Origin: Octopus vulgaris
Lineage: Eukaryota
Assembly: GCA_951406725.2 (NCBI GenBank)
Contig: OX597820.1
Span: 25,544,001-25,608,000 of the forward strand
Length of the DNA stretch: 64,000 nucleotides
Direction: 5' to 3'
Shown: piece by piece, positions 1 to 14,960 of the stretch
How the letters are laid out: each line of letters begins with the position of its first letter
Numbering within the stretch: the first letter of the stretch is position 1
Translations under genes and position numbers: made by a program
The notes under the pieces: generated by a model
Seen by the model: the letters and a program-made list of their open reading frames with translations, nothing else
What the model was told of the DNA's origin: nothing
Databases searched by the model: none

Positions 1-2030
1 CCCTCTTCCTCTTCTCCTTCTCCCTCTTCTTCCTCCCTCTCTTTCTCTTCACCCTCTTCCTTTTCTTCCTCTCTCTTTCTTCCCTCTCTTTGTCTCTCTC
101 TCTCTCTCTTTCTGTTAGCTCCTCATTCTTTGTTACTATCACTCTCTCTTTCTCCCTCATCTTCTCCCTCTTCCTCTTCATCTTTTCCCTCTTCTTCCTC
201 TCTCTCTCTCTTTCTCTTCACCCTCTTCCTTTTCTCCTCTCTTTCTTCCTTCTCTTTGTTTCTCTCTCTGTTAGTTTCTCAGTCTTTGTTGCTACCTCTG
301 TCTCTTTCTCCCTCAACTTCTTCCTCTCTTTTTTCTTCTCCTCTCATACTCCCTCTCACTCTTTTCTCCCTCTTTTCAGTTCCCCCACTCTTTATAACCT
401 CCTCTTTCTCCCTCTCACCCATACATGATTGTTTTTGCTATTTTTTGTTTGTTTTTTTCATTTCGAAGTTGATTTTCCTTTCTTTATTTTTGTTTCTCTT
501 TTATATTACTCTCCAACCCCAACCTCCATTCCTGATGATGTCACACCTACTCTCTGACCCAAACCACTTTATTTCTCTGCACTACACCACTCAGAGATTA
601 TGATCTTTGCTACCATGTCTACCTCCACGCATTGTCATCTACCACCAACAACAATACATCAATTCCTCAATTCCATCCATCCAGTCATCTATCCATCATA
701 TATTGAAATATTTGGCCCCTGTGAACTAAAATGAAATGACATGAAATGAAATGGAATAGCAGGGGAAAGAAAATAATATCAGAGAACAAACAAACAAAGG
801 AGAAATCAAGAAAATATTCTAAACAGTGGGGGGAAAAGGAAAAAAAAAGGAAGTTAAGAGATTAATTCCATTTTTGAAAAAGAAATATTAGAATCGGAGT
901 ATTTTTCCATTTTTGCTTTATTGTATGGCTTGAATTATGGATGGACAGACAGCCACACTTGTGAATGTTTATTTGCCCAGTGCCAGCATCATCATTGCTG
1001 AGTATTTGCTAGTTCCTGAACCCATCATAGTTTCAGAAGTTCTTCCTCCTGTATGAAATACACTTCCATGTAGTTTGAAATAGCTGTAGTCTCCAAGAGA
1101 ACTTAAGGAGAATATGCAAGCATAGCTACATAGTTTAATAAGTTCATTTTTCACCCATCTACATTGTTCTGAGTTTGATCCTGTTGCATAGCTCCTTGGA
1201 CAAATGTCTTCTCAGGGAAATAATTTAGAGATCAGAACCTGTAGAGAAGCAAGTTGAACACACACACACTTATATGCACAAACTTGCACACATATTTATG
1301 TATATATTTTGAACAGATGCACACATTGGCAAGCAACTGCCAATAAAGATATGCATCAAAAAATATGTATTGTGTTGTTTATTTGTGCAACTTCTAGCAT
1401 GGGAGCATTAATATGATTTAATACCAGTGCTCCAACATGGCCACAGTCTTTGGGCTGGAACACATAAAGAAATAAAGAGAGAGAAACTCAGGTAGAATAA
1501 AATGTACTACCATCTTAAAGCAGACCACCACAAGAGTATTTCTGCATTCACACAAACTATTTCTAGGTAGTCATTGCTAAGGTTTTCCAGATAGATTTCT
1601 AGCAACCCTCCTCCTGGGGAGAGTGCTACTTTAGTCGTTGATGTGACAAGTTACATGTTATCAGTACCACTCCAAACAACATGATAGAGTTTGAACTGTT
1701 GATGTAACCAAGATGTCTGGTGATCTGATGAGCTAGCTTTCTTTATTTGTATTAATTTGTGGATATACAATTGTTTTGTGTAATGCCAAGTATACATATT
1801 AATGCAAACATGTACACATAATCTCTTGTATACTACATAAGAAGGTTGCGAAACAGCTGTAATCCTCTGGAAGTCACATATTTATAATAAATCTATGTTC
1901 TCCTCTCATATCTCCTGAATTTATGTTTTTACACACACACATAAAATTACCATCATCATAATAATTATCCTCATCTTCATTAACATCTACTTTTTATGGT
2001 TGTATGTCAGATTCATTGAGGTAGATTTTC

Positions 2031-2264
2031 TTATTTCTTTACTGCCCACAAGGGGCTAAACACAGAGGAGACAAACAAGGACAGACAAATGGATTAAGTC
2101 GATTACATCGACCCCAGTGTGTAACTGGTACTTAATTTATCGACCCCGAAAGGATCAAAAGCAAAGTCGACCTCGGCGGAATTTGAACTCGGAACGTAAC
2201 GACAGACGAAATACGGCTACGCATTTCGCCCGGTGTGCTAACATTTCTGCCAGCTCAACGCCCT
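2031..2264 (-). mobile_element. tRNA-derived SINE (family A)
   Basis: Reverse complement of the 46245-46475 copy; 15-bp TSD ttgaggtagattttc at 2016-2030 and 2265-2279. Confidence 0.9.
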
Positions 2265-3189
2265 TTGAGGTAGATTTTCCATGGCCAGATGTCCTACTCT
2301 CGGATTGTGTTTTAGCAAACATATCCCCCTGCAAAATGATAAGAAAAGTATGATATTAATACAGGAGGTTGAATGAATTGGCTCAAACTATAAATGACAG
2401 CCATAGAAATTCACACACAAGACAGATTTTCAAGAATTTGATCTAGCATGTGGCATTCCAAAGTGATTCTGGCACTATTGATAGGAATATCATTCTCGCA
2501 AATTGCTCGTAAAAAGGAAGACTATATTTGATTGCAAGCATAATTTGAACTTGCACCTGCTAATTTTAACTTCCATAGTGTTGCTGCTGGTATGTTATGA
2601 CACATCAGCTATTAAAATAAACATCAGCTGGCATCATTTTACATGGCAAAACAAATTTTATGGATGTGAGTTCAAATTACATTCATGAAGCAGTGTAGTC
2701 TTCTCGTTAATGAGTGATTCACCACTCAAAAAAAAAAAAAAAACAGAGTTGTAAGTTAAAGAGAAATTATAGAAATAATGTTTTAGAAAGATATACTATT
2801 GCAAGGTTAAAAAGAAAAAAACAAAGGTGCAATTGATATTGCAGATATAAGCAATGGTATTCAGTAAATATGTATAATATTGGGAAGTAGATAGAAGTGA
2901 GAGAAAAAAGGAACAATGATGAGTGTTGGAAGAAATGGTAATAGAGAGAAAGATATGGAAAGAAAGAAAAGACAATTAAACAAAGGGGACAGAGGAGAAA
3001 GGAAATATGGAACTAAGGAAAGGGAACATATGGGGCTAGGGGTAATGAAGCAGGTGGAATGTGAAAAGATTTGATGTAAGTAAGAGAGTAAGAAAGAGCA
3101 AGGAAGAGTTCGTGAGAGAGAGAGAAGAAAGGGAAAGCTTGAGATAACAAAACTTTAGGAATATAACACAAATATATTTATACACACAC

Positions 3190-3220
<31 letters not shown>

Positions 3221-3248
3221 TATATATACACATATATATATATACATA

Positions 3249-3279
<31 letters not shown>

Positions 3280-3802
3280 GTGTGTGTATATATATACACA
3301 CATACATATATATATACATATATATATATATGTATATATACGTATATACATACATATATATATATATATATGTATGTATATATATCAGACTGGAGTCTGG
3401 TGCAGCCTCCTGGCTTCCTAGACCCCGGTCGAACCGTCCAACCCGTGCTAGCATAGAAAACGGATGTTAAACGCTGATGATGATATGTGTGTGTGTGTAC
3501 ATGTATATACATATGTACATATATACATACATGTATATGCACATACACACACACGCATACACTTAGTGAAACCAGTGAAGAATTGAGGTACTTCAATAAA
3601 AGGCAATGAATGGAAAGAGTTCTTTGTGTCTGATTACCTAAAGATAAATATAAGGATTCCTCTAAGTTAATTGATGAAACCAGGATGTTATATTCTCAAC
3701 TTTTTTTTGCCAAACCATTCCGCTTTCTTTGGATAGATTTGTGCCTGATTACAAAACCTAAAGAAAGGTATCTTAGTGTTTGTGTGTATATATGTGATTA
3801 TA

Positions 3803-3844
<42 letters not shown>

Positions 3845-4517
3845 GCATACATATATGTATACACTATATTTATACTTGTATATTCATATATATGTGTGTG
3901 TATTCATGTATGTATTATGTGTACACACATGCACACAAACACACATATTGGTATATGTTATTATCAGTATTTTATGTCTGCTTTCCACAATGCATGCTTT
4001 CGGCGGTTCTTGGAAGTCTGAGTCATTTCTTTCTTCAAGTTACTCTCCTTCTTAAACAGGTCAGAGGACCACGTTCTGCTTCTACATTATATTTTGGCTT
4101 GGTTTCTACAGCAGAATACCTATCCTATCAGCAATCACTTTATACAATGTATTAACACATTTTATTGTAGCACCAACATTAGAGAGTCTGCCATGTCCTC
4201 GATAAGGCCAAAGAATCTTCTCCACCCTATTTTATCTGTACTTATTCACCAACTATTTTACAGACTATACTTGGTACATTTTTTTTTTATGTGACACCAA
4301 TATTGGTGAGATTACTTTGTATCCCATAAAACTAAAGAGTCATCATTTCTCTTTTTGTGTTCCTTTGCTCAAGACAAGTGAACAAGATGATGTAGACATG
4401 TGTGAGTGTATCTATGTATGTGGTCTGATCGATGATTGGGAAGCAAATTTCTTAACCTCACAGCCACACCTGGCATACCTGTGTGGGTATCTTCTTATAT
4501 CTATATGCATATATATA

Positions 4518-4744
4518 CTTTTACTTGTTTCAGTTATTTGGCTGTGACCATGCTGGAGCATTGCCTTGAAGGGATTTGGTCAAACAAGTCGACCCCCAGG
4601 ACTTATTTCTTAAGCCTAGGCTAATACTTAATCCATCAGTCTCTTTTGCTGAACTGCAAAGTTATGGGGACGTAAGCACACACCAACTTCGGTTGTCAAG
4701 CAATGATGGTGAGGACAAACACAAACACAGATACACACCTGTAG

Positions 4745-4800
<56 letters not shown>

Positions 4801-4925
4801 CATACACATAGTGGGCTTCTTTCAGTTTTAATCTACCAAATTCACTCACACAAGGTGTCACATAGTGGGACTGACCCAGACCCAGAACCATGTGGTCCTG
4901 AAGCAGGCACACAGCCACACCTACA
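4518..4925 (-). mobile_element. tRNA-derived SINE (family B, internal TA microsatellite), diverged
   Basis: Homologous to the reverse complement of 13830-14272. Confidence 0.75.
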
Positions 4926-4929
4926 CCTA

Positions 4930-4988
<59 letters not shown>

Positions 4989-5898
4989 ACATTTATTTAC
5001 ATTTATGTAGTTCTATATTTGCATGTATATATGTATGTGTGAGTTTGCATTTTGCCTTCATAGTTTCCCCTATATTTCTTCCTCTCAACTTTCTTTGTCT
5101 CTTTCCCTCTCATTTCGCTTCTTCCTCATCTTCATCATATTACTTCTGTTCCTGTTGCCACAGTCATGCGTCTTTAAATTTTGCTTCCGCATGTGTGTGT
5201 TTGTGTGTGTGTGGGTGGGTGTGTGATATTCAATCAGCCAACCTTTGCCAACCAGGCTACCATACCTTTATAACTGGTCACCTTCACATAAAACATAGCC
5301 ATCAACAAACTAAAAGAAACTATCATCATCATCATCATCATCATCATGATAATTATTATTACCATTATTATTGTTGTTGTTGTTGATGTTGTTATTCAAA
5401 GCTGCAGGGAGTTTGAAAAGAGAAAAAGGGAGTTTTAAATTCATTTGACATGTGACCCAAATTAATTTCTTATTTTATATCATCAAAATCTATTTAAAAG
5501 ATTCCTTCTACTCTCCTCTTCTTCAGTCTCCCCAACTCCTTCTTCTCTTTCCGTTATCTCTCCTTTCTTTTTTTCTTTTACCTTTTTTTTTTATTTTTCT
5601 CTCTACTTTCTCCTTCTTCATATTCTTCGTTTTTGTTTTGTACCTTTTCTTGTTCTTGTCCTTTTCTTTATGTTTTCTTTCTCTTTCTTATACATTTTCT
5701 TTTTGTTCTCTTTCTTCTTCTGCTTCTTCTTCTTCTTCTTCTTCTGATGTGGTGGTTTCATCATCATCATTATCACCTCCACCACTTTCATTCTCAAAAC
5801 TCTCAATTCAGCTTTTCAATTTTTTTTTTTGCTATATTTCATAACCACCGTTTTTTTTTTACATATATCACTTTCATACACACACACACACATACACA

Positions 5899-5954
<56 letters not shown>

Positions 5955-6959
5955 CCCCTCTCACACACATTCTCTCTCTCTCACACACACATCCACACAC
6001 ACACTTATGAACACATTCGCATACACACATGCATGCAAACAAACTCATACCCATATATACACACAGACACACTCACACACACACAAACACACATTATGAA
6101 AATATAAACACACATGCACATATAAGTGCACATGCACACACACACACAAACACTCTCTCTCGCACATCCACACACACTTATGAACACATTCATATACACA
6201 TGCATGCAAGCACACTCATATGCATATATACACACAGACACACACACATAAACACACAATATGAAAATATAAGCACACACACACACACACACACATGCAT
6301 ATTCGCACATGACCTACCCACCTTCCTCTCTCCCTTTTCATTACCACCACCACCACCATCACCCACCTCCGTCCCACACAGCAATTTCTAATTGTGTCTC
6401 AAAATGAATTCATGGTTGGACGTATTGATTTGATAATTAGCTTGCCAGTGTTTGCCCTGCTTCTCATCCCTGGCCCTCCTCACCTCTTCCGTTTGAAAAG
6501 AAGGGGATGGAAATTATGGTGGGTGCATAAAGGTGTCCAGAGCAGAAGGGAGGTGGGGGCAGTGACGGCTAGTAAAACCCTACCTTGCCTTCAGACCATC
6601 GATCATCGACATCCCCTTTCCTCCCCTGATACCTTCACTTTGCCATGGTGTCTCTTTTGGTGTGTGAGATTGGAAAGGTGGCATGGATCGGGGTGGTGCA
6701 ACTTTTCTTTTCAAAATAGTAAACTGCAAAGAAAGTGTTATGAAGAAATGCATACATAACATCCTGTATGTGTGTTTGTGAGTGCATCTGTGCATGTGTG
6801 TGTGTGTGTGTTTGTGAGTGCATCTGTGCATGTGTGTGTGTGTGTGTATGTAGGCATCACATTCCCGTTTGCATTGAGTAAATGGCTAATTTTCTTTTCG
6901 TGCGTTTTTTTGGGGTTTTTTTGCTTGTTTTATTTATTTTGCTTCATGCATGTACGTAA

Positions 6960-7896
<937 letters not shown>

Positions 7897-7897
<1 letters not shown>

Positions 7898-8553
7898 GAA
7901 GACACATATGGAAGACACTTGTCCTAAGTCACTTTGACTATTGCTCTCAGCTATGGTCACCATCCAGTGTCAAGTTGATCACAGAACTTGAGGCGATCCA
8001 ACGAAGCTACACGAAGAAGATAGCCTTTATGCAGAATGTAAGCTACTGGGAAAGACTCAAGAGATTAAAATTATATTCCCTGGAGCGTAGGCGGGAAAGA
8101 TATGCCATAATATACATCTGGAAGATCCTGGAGGGAAGTGTCCTGAACTTTGGCATCGAGAGTTACGCAAACGCCAGAACTGGGCGCCACTGCGTGGTGC
8201 CTAGGACTCCAAACTTGCCATCAAGATGTAGGACAAGATTCTGTGATAGCCTGGGCTTCCGAGGCCCACAGCTCTTCAATATCCTCCCGATGAACCTGAG
8301 AGACCTGCATGGGGTGGATACAGATGTCTTTAAAATGGAGCTGGATCTCTTCCTGTCAGGTGTCCCAGATGAACCAACTTCACGGCAGGAGGGGCAGATG
8401 AGGGCAGCTGCATCGAACTCTCTCATGCACCAAATAGCAGTTGCTAAAAAGCCTCCATGAAGTGAAACCAAGTAGCAACACCAAATGGCGGTGCCCCAGC
8501 ATGGCCACAGCTCATGAGCTGAAACTGGATTCAATCAATCAATCAATCAATCA

Positions 8554-8556
<3 letters not shown>
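7897..8556 (+). mobile_element. 5'-truncated CR1/L2-type LINE 3' end with (TCAA)n tail
   Basis: [17 protein letters not shown]...[10 protein letters not shown]...[20 protein letters not shown] is the conserved ORF2 C-terminus; tcaatcaatcaa tail; flanked by (TA)n on both sides. Confidence 0.9.
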
Positions 8557-9619
<1,063 letters not shown>

Positions 9620-10051
9620 CACATACATATGTATGAATATGTATACACACTCACAGGTTTCTGCATATGGGCCTATGTACATAGGTACATTTACATACAT
9701 ACATCATAAGTATCTTCATGCACAGATTCCTGCATGCATACATACATTCAGACTTTTATAATATACTTATATTTTTAGCCCTCTATATTTTTTTATAGAT
9801 GCATGGATATATATATATAAGTATTATAAGTATTTATGGAAATCTTAGACATACATTCTATATATAAGTGTGTTCTATATACATATATATATATATATGA
9901 TATATATATGTACACATACACACATATCTGTGTGTATGTGTGTTATCTTGTTATCTGGTGTATGTATTTGCGTATTAGAAACACAAGCATTCTCAAGTGC
10001 TACGCAGAATATTCCTAAATGTAATAATATAAATATTCTACTTTATTTTGT

Positions 10052-11508
10052 TTCTTCCAGTACTGTCTCAACAATGGTGCTACTCCGGAGCAGTGGAAAA
10101 CTGCCAGTGTCATTCCTCTGTTCAAAAAGGGCGACCGCACATCACCTGTCAACTATCGCCCAGTCAGTCTCACTAGCTGTATTGCAAAACTGATGGAATC
10201 GTGTGTCAGAGAAACACTCTGGAACTTCTGGAGCTCTCACAGTCTCATCCGACCCTCACAATATGGATTTGTCCCTAACTCCAACTGCAGTGACCAGCTT
10301 GTCGAGTTCCTTGAGGACATTACTCAGATTACTGACAGTGGCTCATGGGTGGATGTTGTCTACCTTGACTTTGCTAAGGCTTTCAACTCTGTGCCACACA
10401 AAAGGCTTATGGTGAAACTCTCTGCAATGGGTGTGGGGGATGACCTTTTAACTGGTTGAAATCCTTCATCCTCAGCCGAAAGGAGGTAGTCACAGTTCTA
10501 GGACAGCACTCTACACCATATGAGATGTCATCGGGTGTACCACAGGGATCTGTCCTTGGCCCCCTCTTGTTTGTGGCATACATTAACGACATAGATGCCA
10601 ATTTAAAGAATGCCACAGTATTGAAATATGCAGACGACATCAAGCTGTACCTTGAAATCAAGAGGACAGATCCTGATGTCTACAACTCTTTCCTGCAATC
10701 AGACCTAGACACAATGCAGCAATGGATCACAGACTGGCAACTGAAACTGGCTGTGGACAAGTGTACCACCATGCATTTTGGGAGAAAAAACCCTGCGTTC
10801 ACATACTCCCTCCACAACACTGATATCAAGAAATCCTCTTGCGAGCGTGACCTAGGCATCACTGTCAGCAGTGATTTGCGTTGGTCAAAGCATATCTCTA
10901 AGATTGTCAGGAAGGCCGAGGGTGTCTTGGCATCACTCAGCAGGTCTTTTGTTAGCCGCTCTCCAGCCATCTATTTAAAACTGTATACAGCTATGGTACG
11001 ACCACACTTGGAATTCGCATCATCAGTTTGGAACCCCTATCTTGCACAGAACATTGACCTCCTGGAATCTGTCCAGAGACGTGCAACCAAACGCATACCC
11101 TCCATCAGACACCTACCATATTCTGAGCGCCTTGTTTCCCTGGGCATGGATTCACTGAAGCTCCGGCGTTTGGCGACGGACTTGGTAAACACCCACAAAG
11201 TTATCAACCACCTCACCAACAACAACACTGAACACCTTTTTGATCTCCATGTGTCTAACACACGTGGACATGCCTACAAAGTCAGAAAACAATACAGCTC
11301 CCATGACTTTCGGAAACATTTTTTCACGCTCAGAGTTGCTGAAGCATGGAATAAACTGCCTGCGTCAGTTGTTGACTGCCATGACACTGCATCTTTTAAG
11401 GCCCTCATGCTTTCCGAAATCCGCCGAAACTTCACCTGATTATATATACACTTTAGATGAGTTGTAGTGCACCTGAGCACTGTACACAATTATTATTATT
11501 ATTATTAT
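10052..11508 (+). mobile_element. 5'-truncated CR1-clade LINE, RT domain to 3' end, one frameshift near 10456
   Basis: WKTASVIPLFKKG..NYRPVSLTS, VYLDFAKAFNSVPH, SGVPQGSVLGPLLF, YADD, VRPHLEFASSVWNP; stop at 11439; (TTA)n tail. Confidence 0.95.
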
Positions 11509-11594
11509 TCCATTTCCTTAGAAAATTTGAAGACTTTCTGTGCCTGTACATGAATAAACTAAGGAACAATTCTTTCATTTCTTCTGACTAACCA

Positions 11595-11636
<42 letters not shown>

Positions 11637-11786
11637 CATCATCATCATCCTCATCATTATTATAATTATTATTTTTTTTTATTATTACCAATATACTGTT
11701 CCATACACTACCAAAAACGTTTTATTCCTATGCACACACACATATATATTTATATTTGTATACATACAATATATATGCATATAGGG

Positions 11787-12900
11787 GTGGGGGTGTTAAA
11801 AAGTTCCTGACTCTGGGTAAAAGAAAATACAGGAGGGTCAGTTAATTATGATTCTATTCAACATATTCTCCTCTCAGTTTCTCACTTACTGCTGCAATTC
11901 TTCAGTTTTCCTAAGCCCTGTTGAAATCACCATCAAATCAGAATGAAATTTTTGTGTCCTTAAGATGTTTCTTCATTTGTAGAAAGAGGTGTGACAGTCA
12001 AGGAGAGCCAAGTCAGAAGAGTAAGGTGGGTGATTTATCAGTTCGAAGTCAAAGCCACATAGTTTCCTATTTCTTTACTGCCCAGAAGGGGCTAAACATA
12101 GAAAGGACAAACAAGGACAGACAAAGGGATTAAGTCGATCACATCAACCCCAGTGCATAACTGGTACTTAATTTATCGACCCCCAAAAGGATGAACGGCA
12201 AAGTCGACCTCGGCAGAATTTGAACATAACAGCTGACGAAATACCTATTTCTTTACTGCCTACAAGGGGCTACACATATAAAGGACAAACAAATGGATTA
12301 AGTCGATTATATCGACCCCAGTGCATAACTGGTACTTAATTTATCGACCCCGAAAGGATGAAGGGCAAAGTCGACCTCGGCAGAATTTGACAAAATACCT
12401 ATTTCTTTACTACCCACAAGGGGCTAAACACAGAGAGGATAAACAAGGACAGACAAATGGATCAAGTCAATTACATCGACCCCAGTGCATAACTGCTAGG
12501 ATGAAAGGCAAGTTCGACCTCAGCAGAATTTGAACTCAGAACGTAACAGCTGACGAAATATCGCTAAGCATTTCGCCCGGCGTGCTACCGATTCTGCCAC
12601 ATAGTTTCCATAGAGTTTCATGTGCTGTTGCATTGTCCTGCAAAAAAAGGACACCATGGCTCAACTTTCCATGATGTTTCTGCTCCAAAGCTTCATGCAC
12701 TTCATCCAACAGAGACATGTAATATTCTGCATTGATATTGCAGGTATGTTATGAGGAGTACTTCGTCTTTATCCCAGAACACTGAAGTTTGAATATTTCC
12801 AGCTGTATAGGTGGAAATTTTTTTCATGAAAGACTGAAAACAAACGATTTCACTTCATGGTTACACTCACTTTGAACCAACATGCGATGTGAAGACTAAG
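11787..12900 (-). mobile_element. Decayed mariner-type transposon remnant interrupted by a SINE array
   Basis: Minus-strand GKLSHGVLFLQDNATAH (mariner DNA-x-H motif); mariner-like end gggggtgttaaaaagttcct near 11787. Confidence 0.65.
12068..12595 (-). mobile_element. Tandem trimer of SINE family A bodies
   Basis: Three repeated ctatttctttact...gtcgacctcggcagaatttga units inside a single 14-bp TSD gccacatagtttcc (12054-12067, 12596-12609). Confidence 0.85.
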
Positions 12901-12929
12901 AACAAACACACACATTCACACACTCTTTG

Positions 12930-13161
12930 TACTCTTTTACTCTTTTACTTGTTTCAGTCATTTGACTGTGGCCATGCTGGAGCACCGCCTTTAGTCGAAC
13001 AAATCAACCCCAGGACTTATTCTTTGTAAGCCTAGTACTTATTCTATCGGTCTCTTTTACCGAACTGCTAAGTTACGGGGACATAAACACACCAGCATCA
13101 GTTGTCAAGCGATGTTGGGGGGACAAACACAGACACACAAACATGTACACACACATTCATA

Positions 13162-13206
<45 letters not shown>

Positions 13207-13370
13207 TTACATATATACAACAGGCTTCTTTCAGTTTCCGTCTTCCAAATCCACTCACAAGGCTTTGGTTGGCCCGAGGCTATAGTTGGAGGTGTCATGC
13301 AGTGGGACTGAACCCGGAACCATGTGGTTGGTAAGCAAGCTACTTACCACACAGCCACTCCTACACCTAT
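12930..13370 (-). mobile_element. tRNA-derived SINE family B
   Basis: Reverse complement of 13830-14272; tRNA-like head at the right end. Confidence 0.9.
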
Positions 13371-13400
13371 AAAAACCTTGAATGTTTTTTATACACTCTA

Positions 13401-13809
13401 TTAACCTTTTGATATCAATCCACCTGAGACCACTCCTGATTCTACAAATATGATACAAATGCCTTGTTTTAACTCGTTTGTTACCATCTTTCAGTGTAAT
13501 ACACTAACTTCATTTTAATTAGTTTTGAAGATAACGAAAAATTTGATAAAATAACTTTATCAGTGGTGTTTGGAAAATAACATGAAATTTTGATGGAATG
13601 TTTTTATTTAGATACAGGAAGCTTGTATCATAGAATCAGGAGCAGTTTGAGGAAATGGTCAAAGTGATTTGAATTAAAACTTAACATGAAAATTTCATGT
13701 TAATTTATATTCCAAACATAAATTATTTTATTAAATTCTTCATTTTTTCTAAAATTATTTGAAACAAAGAATGTGTATTTCAACAAAAATGTGGTAACAA
13801 AAGGGTTAA
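13401..13809. mobile_element. TTAA-flanked piggyBac-like MITE (composite)
   Basis: Ends ttaacctttt...aaaagggttaa; similar to 62563-62793. Confidence 0.6.
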
Positions 13810-13829
13810 TTATGATTCTGCCCAAATAT

Positions 13830-14272
13830 AGGCATTGGAGTGGCTGTGTAGTAAGTAGCTTGCTTATGAACCACATGGTTCCAGGTTCAATCCCACTGTG
13901 TGGCACCTTCGGCAAGTGTTTTCTATTATAGCCTCAGGCCGACCAAAGCCTTGTGAGTGGATTTGGTAGACGGAAACTGAAAGAAGCCCATCGTATATAT
14001 ACGTATATATATATATGTATATATATATATATGTATATATATGTATGTGTGTTTATATGTTTGTGTGTCTGTGTTTGTCCCCCCAACATCACTTGACAAC
14101 CGATGCTGGTGTGTTTACGTCCCTGTAACTTAGCAGTTCAGCCAAAGAGACCAATAGAATAAGTACGAGGCTTACAAAGAATAAGTCCTGGGGTCAATTT
14201 GCTCAACTAAAGGTGGTGCTCCAGCATGGCCACAGTCATATGACTGAAACAAGTAAAAAAGGAAAAGAGTAA
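13830..14272 (+). mobile_element. tRNA-derived SINE family B
   Basis: A/B-box-like head (tggctgtgtagtaag...ggttcaatccc), internal TA/TG repeat and gtaaaa(gag) tail; many copies in the window. Confidence 0.9.
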
Positions 14273-14297
14273 AATATAACTACATAATCTATCCTGC

Positions 14298-14960
14298 AGG
14301 GTTCTAGGTAAATTCCACCATGGAAAATTCCACCATAGGTAAATTCCACCACGGTATATTCCACCATGGTAAATTCCACCTGTTAATAATCACCATGGGC
14401 AGTTTCTCTAGACCATGGGTTAATACCTATTTTATTTAATTTGTCTATCTCTCAATTCTTAAGAAGAAAGAGAGTCTGAAGGTGAGATAGAAAATAAAAT
14501 GGGATCACTTTAATGTACTCCCATTGAGCAAGAATCTATGAAAAACACTCATCATAAAATTTCAAAAATAATGTAATTTGGGATAAAGAAAGAAAAGATT
14601 AAATTTTAGCACACATTTTATTATAACAATAGGATAAAAAATAATTGCAAGTGCATTGTGAAGTAGAGTTAGGATAAGAAAGTTTAATTTATTTTTTTAA
14701 AATATTTCTTAAGACAAATTGTGTGCAATACTTCTTATTTTCAAATTGATATTCCAGAACTAGGCTTTTTCAGTCGTGCATCAATAATTTGATAGGTCTA
14801 TTTTTTTGTTGTTGAGTCTCCACATCAAACATGTGCAATTTTTGTCTGGTTTAATCCTTCCTCAGATTTAAGGGCAATGCATAGTTTCCACAAATTTGGA
14901 TGTTTGGATGTTAGTGATGAGTGCAAAGCATTGTGGAACCCTTCTAGATAATGATTTGAT
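14298..14960 (-). mobile_element. MULE (Mutator-like) transposon end with transposase C-terminal remnant
   Basis: Minus strand near 14830-14958 reads NHYLEGFHNALHSSLTSKHPNLWKLCIALKSEE; tandem subterminal ggtaaattccacca repeats at 14308-14380. Confidence 0.7.

Noticed and set aside
10040-10060. Splice-acceptor-like ttcttccag at the start of the CR1 copy
   Set aside because: The bases read in frame as LINE coding sequence (FQYCLNNG); no downstream donor or host-protein fit.
13830-13910. tRNA-like sequences
   Set aside because: They are SINE heads with A/B boxes and do not form complete cloverleaves.
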